Source: Vitrella brassicaformis CCMP3155
Lineage: Eukaryota > Protista > Chromerida
NCBI GenBank assembly: GCA_001179505.1
Contig: CDMY01000441.1
Span: forward strand, 12,071-76,070
Length of the DNA stretch: 64,000 nucleotides
Reading direction: 5' to 3'
Below, one piece after another: positions 38,326 through 50,251 of this stretch. Made by a program: the position numbers and the translations under genes. The notes under the pieces were generated by a model that saw nothing but the letters and a program-made list of their open reading frames with translations, was not told the DNA's origin and ran no database searches. The stretch's first letter is position 1; each line of letters starts with the position of its first letter.

Positions 38326-39828
38326 TCAAGTGGCTGCAGGCATCATGCCAGTGCACTCAGGTGCCCCGCAGTGACACCTCACTCTCCCTCCGACGTCATC
38401 CCGCATGGGTGGCCCGTAGGCATAACTCAGCTCAGTGCCTGCAGGAATGGCCTCCCTCGCAAAGAGCACCGCACGGGGGATCAGGGAACCCGCTCGCACC
38501 ACGTCAAGCTGCATGGCATCTACCCATCACTCCGTCAAGTCGATTGGTCCATCCAAGCCTGTACCTGCAGATTTGGCCTGCACGAGTGGTTGATGAACCG
38601 GGCGATGCTGCCGCACTCTGCGGCGTCGATGCGGGTCGTCATTAAACGCTCACCCCTGCACACCCACACACAGCCAGACAGATGGAGGTTTGATTCCAAC
38701 CATTGGCAGCCCGCCAACCCACCGAGCGAGTGACTGACTGACTGACCGACCGACCGACCAATGCTCTCTTGTCGTGAGTAGGAAGTTGGGTCGCAGCGGG
38801 CGGGATGAGCGCATGCGGCTCTCGTTCTCGGCGTCAAGACGCTGCATGGCATTGCGAGGACAGACAGACAAGTGTAGAGAGAGACATGCTGGCGGGTGGA
38901 ATGCAATGCACGCCGACCGACCTTGAGGCGTGTAGTGGCTTCGTCTTCTGTGAGGTACTCTCCCGCGTACTCAGCCACAAAGGCGCCTGCCCACGGTAAA
39001 CAAATGGGTAAAGACAGACAAACCCCATAATAGTATTACCCTGCATCTGGACACTCTCACCCACCTCTGGGAATGCCCTCGAGTGTCCTCACGCTCCAGC
39101 CGACAGTGTCCTGCCAATACACCTGCAAGACATCAACCCATCCATCCATCCATCATGTGACGCACACACACGCCACCACTGTCTGTTTGCGCCTAAACCT
39201 CAAGTTTCCACCGCACGCCGCCCTGCGCCACCCGATTGCGGCACCCGCCCCCTTTGGCACACCCACAGGTAGAATGGCACTCGATGATGGGCCTTTGCTG
39301 GCTGTTCCTTCTCCCAGGAGGAAGGGAGAGAAGGCCGTCGGGCGTGTAGGATGGCCCGCCGCTGGCAGACACGCTGAGACACACGCAATATATAAGGATT
39401 GTTTGCGTGCTGCATGATTGATGTCTGGAGGAGGTATGCCTCAGTTTACCAAGGGCAGTGGTTGTCGACGCAGCTCACAGAAAGGCCGGAGCATGAGCAG
39501 GCCAGGAAGTCGCCTTCACTGTCTGTCTTCTGCTGCGCGGCGAACGATGCCGATGGCCGGCTGGTGCCAACGTACTGCGTGAATGCACTCACCCACACAC
39601 GACAGAGCGCATTGAATGTGTGTATGTTGAATGTGTGTCTACTGCATCACAGCTGACCTGGAAATGGGTCGGCTGCCTCATTTCGACTGCAGTGTGTGGA
39701 GGGATCAGTGGTGGGAGATGACAGACGATAGGTGTCGGCTCGACACCGCCAGAAAGGTCGCAAAGGACAGGCACGCTGCAACAAGTGCGACACAGCGAAC
39801 AGCGACAGCAAAAGTTCGTTGAGCTCAT
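38326..39828 (-). CDS. SETMAR/SUV39-like histone lysine methyltransferase (pre-SET, SET, post-SET)
   Basis: CDLSGGVEPTPI, LACSCSG...CVDNHCPC, IIECHSTCGC...CRNRVAQGG, GWSVRTLEGIPRGAFVAEYAGE, IARFINHSCRPNL, AIPAGTELSYAYG and RCHCGAPECTGMMP. Confidence 0.92.
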
Positions 39829-39969
39829 GCAGGTCTACGGAAACGATCCATTGACATGCAACCATCACGCGTGCACGATAGGCAAAAGCGCAAAAAAAAA
39901 CAAAAAACTAATAGCTCGAACGAAGCGCCACTGACCTAGTCCCCTCCTCGCTGTCTCAGCCCTCGTCCC

Positions 39970-41720
39970 TTACTCGGGCTGCTCGAGTCTCTCCACCTCT
40001 GCTCGGATGTTCCGTCGCGCATCCGCCTCGGCCGTCCCACCCAGATGGGAAAACAGCTGAGGCCGATCCAGCAGCGACCGCAGGAACTTGGCCCGCTCAC
40101 TGCGGTACACCGATGGCGCCAAATGGGTGTACTCGAGACGAATCTGAAGAGAAGACAGGCAGGCACAGAAAGGTGCTTGTGGGGACACAGGCATCTGTCG
40201 CTGCTCACCTGATCTGCATATGCATCGTATTTCTCTTTCTCCGACGCCAGCACACTCAGGTCGAAGTCCAGGAACCACTGCATGGCCTGAACCCACTCCT
40301 CTCCCCACCCCTCAGCCCTCAGCCGCTCCGCACCCGACGCACCAGCCCACTCGAAATGGCTCGCCGTCGCCCGCACAAACAGCACGGCCGCATCGGCCAC
40401 CTGCCGATGCATCACGCGCAGGCTGACCTCTTGGATGAAGGCCTCGAGCAGCTCTGCCGACCGCTCTTCGTTGTCTTTGCGGTGGGGGACATAGATGGCG
40501 TCGTGGAACCAGACGGCGAGGGAGATGGCACACGCACAGGGGGGCGGGACGGGGGGGCTGTGGGTGGTTTGCAGGGAGATGAGGTCGGATATGTGTCGGA
40601 GGGTGTGATAGTGCCGCCATGGCTCCAGGTGCATGTCCACCAGCCGCATGAACCACACGTCGGCTACCTCCTCATCCACCTTTAGCTGCTGCACCGTCAG
40701 CTGCCGAAACATATCCCGCATGGCCGGCACCACCACCCCAAGCGCCTGTGCACGGTCGGCCTGGTGTTTTCTCAGGTCCGTCGAGCTCAGCTTGCCGCTG
40801 TTGCTGTCATTCCCCTGACCCTTGCCCTCCTCCTCCTCCCCGCCCACCACTTGCAGCTCCAGCAGCTCCACTGGCGGCTTGCCGTTCTCCTCTCGCACCT
40901 TGTTGACATGCTCCCCGCCCCTCCGTGTCTCGCTCGTGACGACCAGCGCGTCGAAATCGATCGTCCCGGCGGGCCCGACCGGGTCATTGAGAACATCGAT
41001 GTCAACGTCGTCGCCACTCTCGACCCTCACTCTCGACACGAAGGTTCGCACCGCCTCCTTTCGCGTCCTGTAGGGATCGAGGAAGTCGCCGTGCCGCTTC
41101 TTGGTCAGCATCGACGGGCCCGTGATGCGGAGAATCATGGTTTGCTTGGTGAGCAGCCTCGTGAAGGTCAGCAGCAACTTGTGGCCGGCGTGGAGGCGGT
41201 CGAAGGTGCCGGCAAAGACGGACCGATTCACGCGCCGATAGCTGCCTTGGCGCACTGGTGGGAGGGGCGGGAGGGGCGGCATGTCTGGCGGCTGTGCTGT
41301 TGGCACGCCGAGCGACGGAAGAGGCGAGCCATCACTCATCAGAGGCAGAGTGATGGCCGGTTCCTCAGTCATGGCCGTGCCGTCAGTGAATCCAATAGGC
41401 TCCTCATGCTCACCCAGACACAGCGCCAAGTCCCTTGCAGAGGCCAGGGGCAGCAGGCAGACATCCAGCAGTGGGTTGGTGTGCTTCAGGCCGACACGCG
41501 CCAGATACCCATAGATGACAGATAAAACATCGAATAGGTACTGCCGGGGTGCCGTGTGGTCGTCTGGCGCCAGCCAGTAGATCAGAAGCTGCCTGCGGAC
41601 GAGGCGGACACACGATGCAGCCCACAGCAAGAAGCGGTGGAAGTCGGGCTGTGAGAGGCGCGTTGGATCTTGGACCACGACCACACCGACGCCATAGCGA
41701 AACGAAGGCACATCAGCCAT
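39970..41720 (-). CDS. Phosphopantetheine adenylyltransferase (eukaryote/archaea type) fused to an HD-superfamily phosphohydrolase
   Basis: PPAT motifs: VFAGTFDRLHAGHKLLL, NDPVGPAG, DALVVTSET, KLSSTDLR. HD motifs: EPWRHYHTLRHI, LAVWFHDAIY, DNEERSA, FLDFDLSVL, YADQ|IRLEY, RAKFL, ARRNI. One intron at 40144-40208. Confidence 0.9.
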
Positions 41721-41768
41721 CTTCCCACTGCGAGCTAAGCCGAAAGGGGGAGTCCGCTTTGAAGAGCG

Positions 41769-43450
41769 ATGGACGGTTCCTCATCAACGTCCACCAACGA
41801 GGAGAGCGACAAAAATCAGCGAGAGGATGCCAAGGCAGATCTTGCGACTGCAGATACTGATGCACGGCAGAAGCAAGGCACAGAGGCCACCAGCAGCATC
41901 AGACGGCTGGAGCATGTGACGACGGATCTTATCGAGGACGAGGCTCTGAAATGGATGGTTCTGCTTCTCCGCATCACCTTCCTCGTCCCACACACACGAG
42001 CGGAGCGGGTCGTTGCCGCTGTGGCCATGCTGGTCCCCTGGCTGTCGGCCGTGCAGCAGCTGCTCTTTCTGGTGGACCTTGATGCTGTCGAGGCCAACGA
42101 CGACCGGGCCGTGCTGCTGACCAACAGCGCCCTCTGGCACGTGCTCACGGGCTGCGTCCGGCTGTGGCTGCTGCTGTGCGTGCCCAAGCAGAAGCTGTGC
42201 AAGCTGTTCAAATGCCTGCTGAGGTCATCCTACTGGCACATGAAGCCCCCACCAGCAGTGGCTTTCTCCACCGAGCGGCTCAACAGGACCGCCAAGATCT
42301 GGTCGATTGTGTGCTTCTGCACCGGCGTCCTCAACTGGGCTCTTCTCTTCTTCGGCTACTTTATCGGGGCTGAGATACGACTGGTCATCAACTACCCCTA
42401 CGCTCAGCCCGACGGGCAGGGGTGGACCATTCAGGAAGAGGAACCGGGCATCTACTGGTGGGCGGTGCTGCAGCTGGTGCTTCAGGGGTTGTGCTCTTTC
42501 GCGTGGATCGTGCCCTTGCTGCCCTACTCCCTGGCCGTTGGGCTGCTGCACGAGCGATTCAGGCACTTTGGTATGGCCCTTGACCACCTGATTCCGGCCC
42601 TCGGCAACTCGAACGAGTTGCTGGGAGTGCATCGAGACACTGACAGTGACGGGCAGCCGACGGGCAAGGTGCCGTCGCTGGCGCAGCTGACCGTGGCGCA
42701 TCGGCAGCTGTGCCAGGCGGTGCTGGTGGTCGACAGGATCTTCCGTCCCTTCGTGGCTACCTGGTTCAGTGTTAACTCGGCCCTGACCATCTTCCTGATC
42801 TATAGGATTGTTTTCTTCCGGGAGGGGGCGTCCTCCACCCTCATGGGGTCCTTCTTCTTCTGGCTCCTCACCGGCCTCTTGCTGCAGGCAAGCTGAAAGA
42901 CACATACGCGCATCGCATCCACCCACCACACATTTGACATCGGTACCTACCTTGCCTTGCGTTGCTGCGTCCGGTCCGCGTGTGTGCGCAGGGCATTGTG
43001 GGGTACAAGGCTGCGAAGATCTACGCCTGGCACGACCACCTGCTGTCCAAGTGTCTGCAGATACAGCTGCCCCCTGACCAGCACACTAACGCCCCGCCAC
43101 CCACCCCACCGCCCCTTGCCGCCCCTCTCACATCGAGACAGTCATCGCGCAAGCCGCTGCTGCTCCTGCGGAGTCACTCGCTGGACACATCCATCGCACC
43201 GATGTGTGAAGAGGCGCTAGCACAGAGCACACACATCGTGACGCGTCGTGAAGAGACATCAGAGTCTGGGGTGCAGCGGGAGCTGGAGCTGCTGAGGTTC
43301 GCTCACCAAGTGAGCAACCTACGCCCTGGTCTGACGGTGGGAGGTGCGGTGCTGCTCAACTGGCAGCTGATTGGGACTGCGGCGAGTGTGGTTGCGTCTG
43401 TGTTTGTGTTCCTCTACGAGACGAGGAAGGGCAACACAGAGACAGAATGA
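41769..43450 (+). CDS. Gustatory-receptor-like (GRL / 7TM ion channel superfamily) membrane protein
   Basis: About seven hydrophobic segments. HRQLCQAVLVVDRIFRPFVATWF before TM5 and LLRFAHQV...GLTVGGAVLLNWQLIGTAASVVASVFVFLYE at the C-terminus match the GR/7tm_7 TM7a-TM7b layout. One GC-AG intron at 42888-42991. Confidence 0.75.
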
Positions 43451-44163
43451 GGGAGGGAGGGGGTGAGGGATTGTACGTAAGCTACCTGCGGGCTGTTTCG
43501 ATGCGTTTATGGACATATATGGGCAGGGGTAAGTGTAGTGTAGGAGACTCGTACGGTAGCTAATATCGTGCCCTCACTGCTGCAGAGTTGCAGATAGATA
43601 GAGGTTTTGCATTGACTGACGTCGCTTTTGCCTTCGTTCGTTGGTGTGTGTGTTTGTCACACGACATGTAGTGAGTGTGTATGATGGACGTTGATTCATT
43701 ATATATTGTCAAGTGGCCCACAAAATGTTGGAATGGTACACACACGCAGACAGGGAACGGTTCCACCGACGCATCCGTGACCGGCAAAGCAAATACCACA
43801 CGTGCGCGGCGGTCCAAAACCGATCTGTCTGCACAGGAGCGGTCGCATCGATCGCATCAGTGGCTGGGCTGGCTACACGGCACGGCAAAACAAGCACGAC
43901 ACTACCGAAGGAACCAGACAATCAATGGGCCCACCAATCATTCACATGGACAATCTCACTCTCCGTGGCTGCACGCTGCCCGCATGGCCGCCTAGCCGAA
44001 GCTGATGAAGAGCAAACACCAGTACCAGCCATGTGTGTGCCGGCACCCATGTCTGCCCCCTCGACACCTCCGGCGAGAAGACAACCTCGGTCAGCTCATG
44101 GCCAGCCACTTCATAGATATCACCCTCCCATCCATCCATCCATCCATCCATCGGCCGATCACC

Positions 44164-46996
44164 TCACTTCCTCCGGCGCCGCCTGGCGGAGCCGCCCTCT
44201 CCGTCCCCCTGCCCCTGCTGCCCACCCGCCCCCATGGACTCGCCCACCATCACGACGTCATCGTCGTCCTTGGCCTTGGCCTTGTCGTCGTTGGCGTTGG
44301 CGTCGGCGTTTTCAAGGTCGATCACCACTTTCTTGCCGTCCGGCTGTGGCTGCTGAATGTCCTTGTCGCGCTGCCGCCTCAGCTGCCGCTGGGTGCGCTC
44401 AGACGCCGCAGGCTGAGCCTTCTTGTCGCCCTGCTTGTCCTTCCTCGGCTTGTCGAGCGGCTGCTCCTCATCGGAGCCGGAATCGACCATCTCGGCGTGC
44501 TGCGGGCCTCCACCACCACCACCAACAGCAGCCGCACTTGAAGCAGCAGCAGCCCCCTTCCTGCCGTTGTGTGCCGCCGGCAGTGGGGGCGCCTCGTCCC
44601 CCACGCCGTGCATCTTGGCGTTGCGCTCGGCCTGCTCGTCTTTGGGGCTCTTCCTGGGCTTCTTGGCGGCATTGCCCCCGTCCAGCCCCTCGCTGATGGA
44701 GTCCATCAGACTGGCCGGGGGATTGCCTCGCGCGCCCTGCCGCATGTGTGGGGGCGCCTTGTCCATGTCCGGCCGCGCCTGTCGCTTCGGCCGGTCGGCA
44801 AGCTGAAAGCCCTTGAACTGGTGGAATATGCTCCGGCCCCGGATGCCTGCCTTGGCCTTCGCGGCGCCTGGCTGCTGCTGGTTCGGCTGCCCGGGCTGGT
44901 CGTTGCTGCGGCTGTTGGCCTCGTTGTCGTCATTGTCGAGGTCGATGGGGTCTTTGTGATTGCCACTGGGCTGCAGGAGGTCGTTCTGCTCGAGACCGAT
45001 GCGGTTGCGGCGACGGGGTGGAGGCGGTAAGGGTGGCGGTGGTGGGCCGTAAGGCTGCAGCTCTGGCTGGGGGGGGCCAAAGGGGTTGCTACCCTCCTTG
45101 GTCTTCTCCCTGGTGATTGCAAAAGAAACAACGAGACGGACATACACCTCTGAGACTGTGCGATGAGAGACTGTTTGTGTATGTGTGGTTCTACTTACTT
45201 CCAGTCATTGAGTCCATGACGGTTTTGTGAGGGCAGCGGCGCCTCCACCTCCTCGACCTCCTCCACCTCACCATGGGCTGCGCCACCCGACGATGCGGCA
45301 GCAGCCGCCGCCGCGGCAGCAGGACTGGACGACAGCTTCTTGGCCCGGCTCTTCTTTCTCTCGTACTGTCTCAGCAGCCGCTGCTGCTCCTCCTTCTCAC
45401 GCTGAGTCATCCCCTTCAGAGGGTCGACCTCGGCCTCGTCGTCCCTCTCGTCACGCCTCTCGTCAAGCCGGTCCCTCTTGCCCTTGCCGTTGTTGCCCCA
45501 CCTGTTGGCCTGCTTTTCCTTCTGCTTCATCTCGTACTCGTCCTCCTCCTGGTTGGACTGCTCCATCTGCTGCCTCATGAAGCCCTCCCAGCCGGCATCG
45601 TCCATCTGGCTGGGGATGGGGGCAGGGGACGGCCGCCGGCCATGGACGACCCCATGGATGGCATCGTCTAGCGCCTCACGAATGCTGGGAATGTCGCGTC
45701 GCCGTTTGTCCTTTTTGCCGCCCTGCTTGGCCCAGGGGGGTGCGGGCTTGGGCTCCTTGCCCTTGGCCTTAGGGCGGCCGAGGGGGATGAGTGGGTTGTC
45801 GAAGGGCTTCTTCTTGGGCACCATGACGTGCTTCTGGGTGACGTGGTCGCGCGAAAAGGGTGTTGGCATGGACGGGCCGGCGGGGCTCGCGATGGGCTCG
45901 GCGGGGTCGAACACCGGCGGTGGAGATGGGGGGCGCTCGGGCAACGTCTGCGAAGTAAATGACACAGAGAGGGCAGAGAAGTGAGTGTCGGTGTCTGTCT
46001 GTCTGTGTATTGGGNNNNNNNNNNNNNNNNNNNNNNNNNNNNNNNNNNNNNNNNNNNNNNNNNNNNNNNNNNNNNNNNNNNNNNNNNNNNNNNNNNNNNN
46101 NNNNNNNNNNNNNNNNNNNNNNNNNNNNNNNNNNNNNNNNNNNNNNNNNNNNNNNNNNNNNNNNNNNNNNNNNNNNNNNNNNNNNNNNNNNNNNNNNNNN
46201 NNNNNNNNNNNNNNNNNNNNNNNNNNNNNNNNNNNNNNNNNNNNNNNNNNNNNNNNNNNNNNNNNNNNNNNNNNNNNNNNNNNNNNNNNNNNNNNNNNNN
46301 NNNNNNNNNNNNNNGGGTGGTTTGGGTGTCACTTACCGAGCCTTGGTGCCCCGAGATGAAGAGTTCCTTGAGCTGGCCCAGCTGCTCTTCGTTCTTCTCC
46401 CACTGCTGGTTCTTGAACATGAAGCTCAGCATGCGACGCCACTGACGGCGCCTGACGCATCCACACACACGCACACACACATATGGACACGGAGACCCGG
46501 AGAGGCTGCTATGTGTGTGTGTGGGTGGGTGGGTGGGTACCGCGTGCTGATGTGGTTTTGGTCGATCATGTCACTGTCCTCCTCGGCAGCGGCCTTGCCG
46601 CTCTTGCCCCCGCCACCCTTGCCCCGCCGCGGCAACCGACTCAACAACCGACGCATCCTGACCACCACACAAGACACCCACAGACACAGAAACAACGCCA
46701 CATCAGCCGATAGAAGGAAGGATGGATGGAACAGCCTTCGCCAAGCTCACCCACCCCTTTTGCTCGAAGTCATCCGCGACGAGGTTGGTGACCCATTCGA
46801 CGACAAAGACGCCGCAGTCGAAGGAGTTCTCCTGCTGCGGCACCGTCAAAGAAGTCATGACCCACCGCTTGGGCGAGTCCTTGTTGTACACGCCTCTGCG
46901 ATTCGTCGGCTGGGGGAGCTCGAACTCCCACCGCTCCCGCTCCTCAGGAGCCAGCTGCTGCTGAAACTTGCACTGGAACTCCTGTCAAGTCAACCA

Positions 46997-47032
<36 letters not shown>

Positions 47033-49785
47033 GGGCGTCTGTGGGAGGCTGAGTATAGTGGGTGGGTGTTGTGTGTGGGTGTTATCACGTACCCGCTCGA
47101 TGTATAGGGGCATTTTCTGTTTGAAGTCGTGTTTGGATCCGCCCCAGTAGGCGTCCATGCTGTCGAGCTGAAGCAGCAGGGCGCGCTTGGACACCGGCAG
47201 GGGGGCCGGCGGCTCGGAAGGCTTCCCATCAACAACAAGGCTACTCTGCATGCGATTAACACACCAGACAGGCAGACAGTCAGCTCAACATGCGGGTGGG
47301 TCGAAGACTTACGCGTCTTATGCATACCTTGGCTCCGTGGTGCGTCTGGTTGTCTGGTTCGTCGCTCGATGCGCATGCCGCAGCAGCAGCCGCCGCTGCT
47401 GCTGGTGGCGGCTCCACACCCTGCTGTCCGCCCTCTGCCGCCCCGGCAGTCGGGTGCAGCAACTTGCGGCGCTTGCTGCGCCGCCCGTTGCCTTTGCCGA
47501 CGCCACGACCAACACCATCCCCCTCGCCATTGGCCGCTGCAGCAGCCGCCTCCGGCGCTACTTGCCCTGAACCATCCCGCACCTCTCCCTCCTCCATCTC
47601 GTCATGTTTCTCTGCGGCCGCCATGGTCACATCATCGCCCTCCGCCTCTCCCTGTTGCGGCTGCCCGCCCTCAGCACCACTCTCACCCTCACCCTCGCCC
47701 GGCGCCATGACGGCATCGCCCTGTGTGTCGGTTGCCTCGGCCTCGTCATTGTCCATCTTCTCATCGCCATCACCGCCATTGCCACCGTCGCCGCCGTCCG
47801 CCTCTCGGCCCCGCATCACTAGGTCCTCGTCGAAGCTCTCGGCTGGCACGGGCGGCTGGGGAGACGGCTGGTCGGTGACGGGGGGCGCGGGAGGCGCGCC
47901 CAGGACGGGGGCAGCCGGGGGGTGGGATGCTTGCAGCCACTGTGGATGGAGGAGCTCGTCGAACGATGGGTCTTGGGGCTCGGCCGCATCGTCGGCCGTG
48001 TAGGCGGGCGGGGGGGTCATGGGGTGGGCCGGCGCGTCCGCATCGCCACTGCTGCCACCTCCAGCAGCAGCAGCAGCACCAGCAGCTGCTGCTGGTGCTG
48101 GGCCGGTGTCCTGATCTTGCACCTGTAGCTGTGACTCCTTCTCTGGTGCCTTCTTGCGGTGGGTGGAGTCTTCGACGACGATGGGCTCCTGGGGTGGGAG
48201 AGGGGGTGGGGGCAGCGGACCGCGCTTGAGGGGCGAGTCATAGTCATAGTCGTCCAGGTCGATGTGGTCACCGCCCCCCGTGGCGAACCGGTCCTGCAGC
48301 ATCCGCAATTCCTGTTCCTGGATGGACTCCTGCTTGGCACGCTCCAAATCCTCCGCCTCCTTATCATCACCAGGTGGCCTGCACACAACACAACGCAATA
48401 CAACACAAGACACGGACGACATACCCATCCACTGTAAGTCACGCACGCTCTGCGAGGTCGTGTCGCTGTGCAAACACACTTACGGCTCGTTGACGTCTAT
48501 GTCTAGGTTGTCGAGGTCGTCATCGAAGTCGGCCTCCTCCCCTCCGTCGTCGCCGGCTGCCCGCCCCTCGCCGGCAGGGGGGCCGCCGGGGCTCTGGGAG
48601 AAGTCGAACTCCTCGGGGTGCACGTCGCTGTAGCCCTCGTGTGTGTGGCGGTCATGGATGGCCCGGTGCGGCTTGTAGAGGATCGCCAGCCACCAGTGGA
48701 GGTTGTTGGCGTTGATTGGCAGAATGATGAAGTCGCGCTTGAGCAGGGTGGGGCCTACGTGAAGGGCAAGGAGGAGGTCAAGGGGTTAAAGTTTCATATG
48801 TGTGTGGGTGGTTTGCGGTGGTTTGTGTGTCTTACGGAGTTTGTCGGTCCATCGCTCTACGAGTTTGTACGGGTCTTTCTCCTTGGACGACACGTACTTC
48901 TTCCAGAAGAAGCTGCTGAAGATGTGCCACCGCTTCTTCTGCGACTCGTCCAACAACTGCAAGGCACACACATCCATGTGTGCCTCCTCCCCTCTCCCTC
49001 CCTCCCTCTCTCTCTCCATCCCTCCATCCCTCCCTCTCTCTCTCTCTCTCTGTCTCTCTCTCCCTTTGGCGTACATGTTTGGACAGAAATCGGAGGAAGA
49101 AGTCGATGAGGCTGTCGTTGAGGTACTCCTCGTCCGCTAGGCGGTAGTAGTCCTGCTTCGTCAGCTGGATCCCGTCGATGCCCCAGCCCTCCACATTGGC
49201 CGTCTTCTCGAGCGAGCCCCACAACCCACGCTGGAGTTCCAGCTCGTCCTTGCCAATGTCCTCAAAAGGACCGATCTGCGGCGAGAAGGTGTGGTGCTCC
49301 AGCCGAGCGGCCGACCGGGTGCGGCCTGCCACTCCTTCGGGGCGGGGGCGGCCGGGGGCCATCAGACCTGTGTGTGTCAGGGAGGTAGAGAGAAACCGAA
49401 CAGTGAGAGAGAGGGAGAGAGAGAGAGAGAAAGTGCATGGCGTGGATCGTTGGTTCCTTGCTTGGTGGCTCACCGGCCGCCCGCGCGGCCCCGCAGAACA
49501 ACTGGCCGGCGCGGCCCAGGAGGGAGCCACCTCTCCCCTGAGGCGCTCGTGAAGGGGCTGCAGCCGCGGCTGCTGCTGCAGGCTCTTCCTGATGCCATGA
49601 CAAAGCAACCACAACACACAACATGCGATTGAGAAGCTGCCATCTCCCTCCCTCCCAGCTCTTTTGATTGCGTGAATTGCTCCCACCTCGATTTCGTCTT
49701 TGTCTTCGTCGCTCTCATCTGCCAGGTTGATGACCTCCTCCTTCAGGGCGCTCTCGCCGCCGACGTGGCGGCCTCGCCTGGACAT
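44164..49785 (-). CDS. Ulp2/SENP6-7-like SUMO protease (peptidase C48)
   Basis: DYYRLADEEYLNDSLIDFFLRF, HIFSSFFWKK, DFIILPINANNLHWWLAIL (His), LDSM (Asp) and VPQQENSFDCGVFVVEW (Cys), with long low-complexity flanks. One intron spans the N-gap. Confidence 0.9.
46015..46314. other. Assembly gap (300 N) inside an intron of the SUMO protease gene
   Basis: Run of n. It follows a gtaagt donor and precedes intronic repeats on the minus strand. Confidence 0.98.
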
Positions 49786-50251
49786 CGATGCGGCCGGCAA
49801 GTCACGGGAGCCGCTGGAGGGCACTCGACGGCTCTACTGACGGCTCGGAAGGGCCGTCTGTGATGCTCACAGGCATCAGCGGATGGGAAAGCGGCGCGAG
49901 AGGGTCGTGCTTGGATGATTTGGAAGGCTGCAATGGGCTGATCTGCAGCTGGTGGTCCTTCCTCCGTGATCGGAACAGCCCTCTCTCTCTATATTTCAAT
50001 GACCTCAAGGATGACTCTAAGCTCGCACCAGAAAGAGGAACAAAGTGACCGAGCAAAGGTGGCAAAGCAGCTTGGCGAGAGGTGCTTGTGGCTGTTTGAC
50101 CCCTCAGCGGACAAACCAAGGAGTGATGTCAACAATTCTGAAGCTACGTTGACATCACAGCAGCATTATCAGGAGGCTCCACAGAAGCAGCGCATGATAC
50201 ACCGCCTTCTTGACGACCTGATTCATCCCCAGATCGTCGAGTCGTCCTGTA

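Noticed and set aside
38326-39828. Domesticated mariner transposon as in primate SETMAR
   Set aside because: The CDS stops right after post-SET and no DD34D transposase follows.
45668-47107. Long ORFs spanning the poly-X region
   Set aside because: These are artefacts of translating through the 300-N gap.
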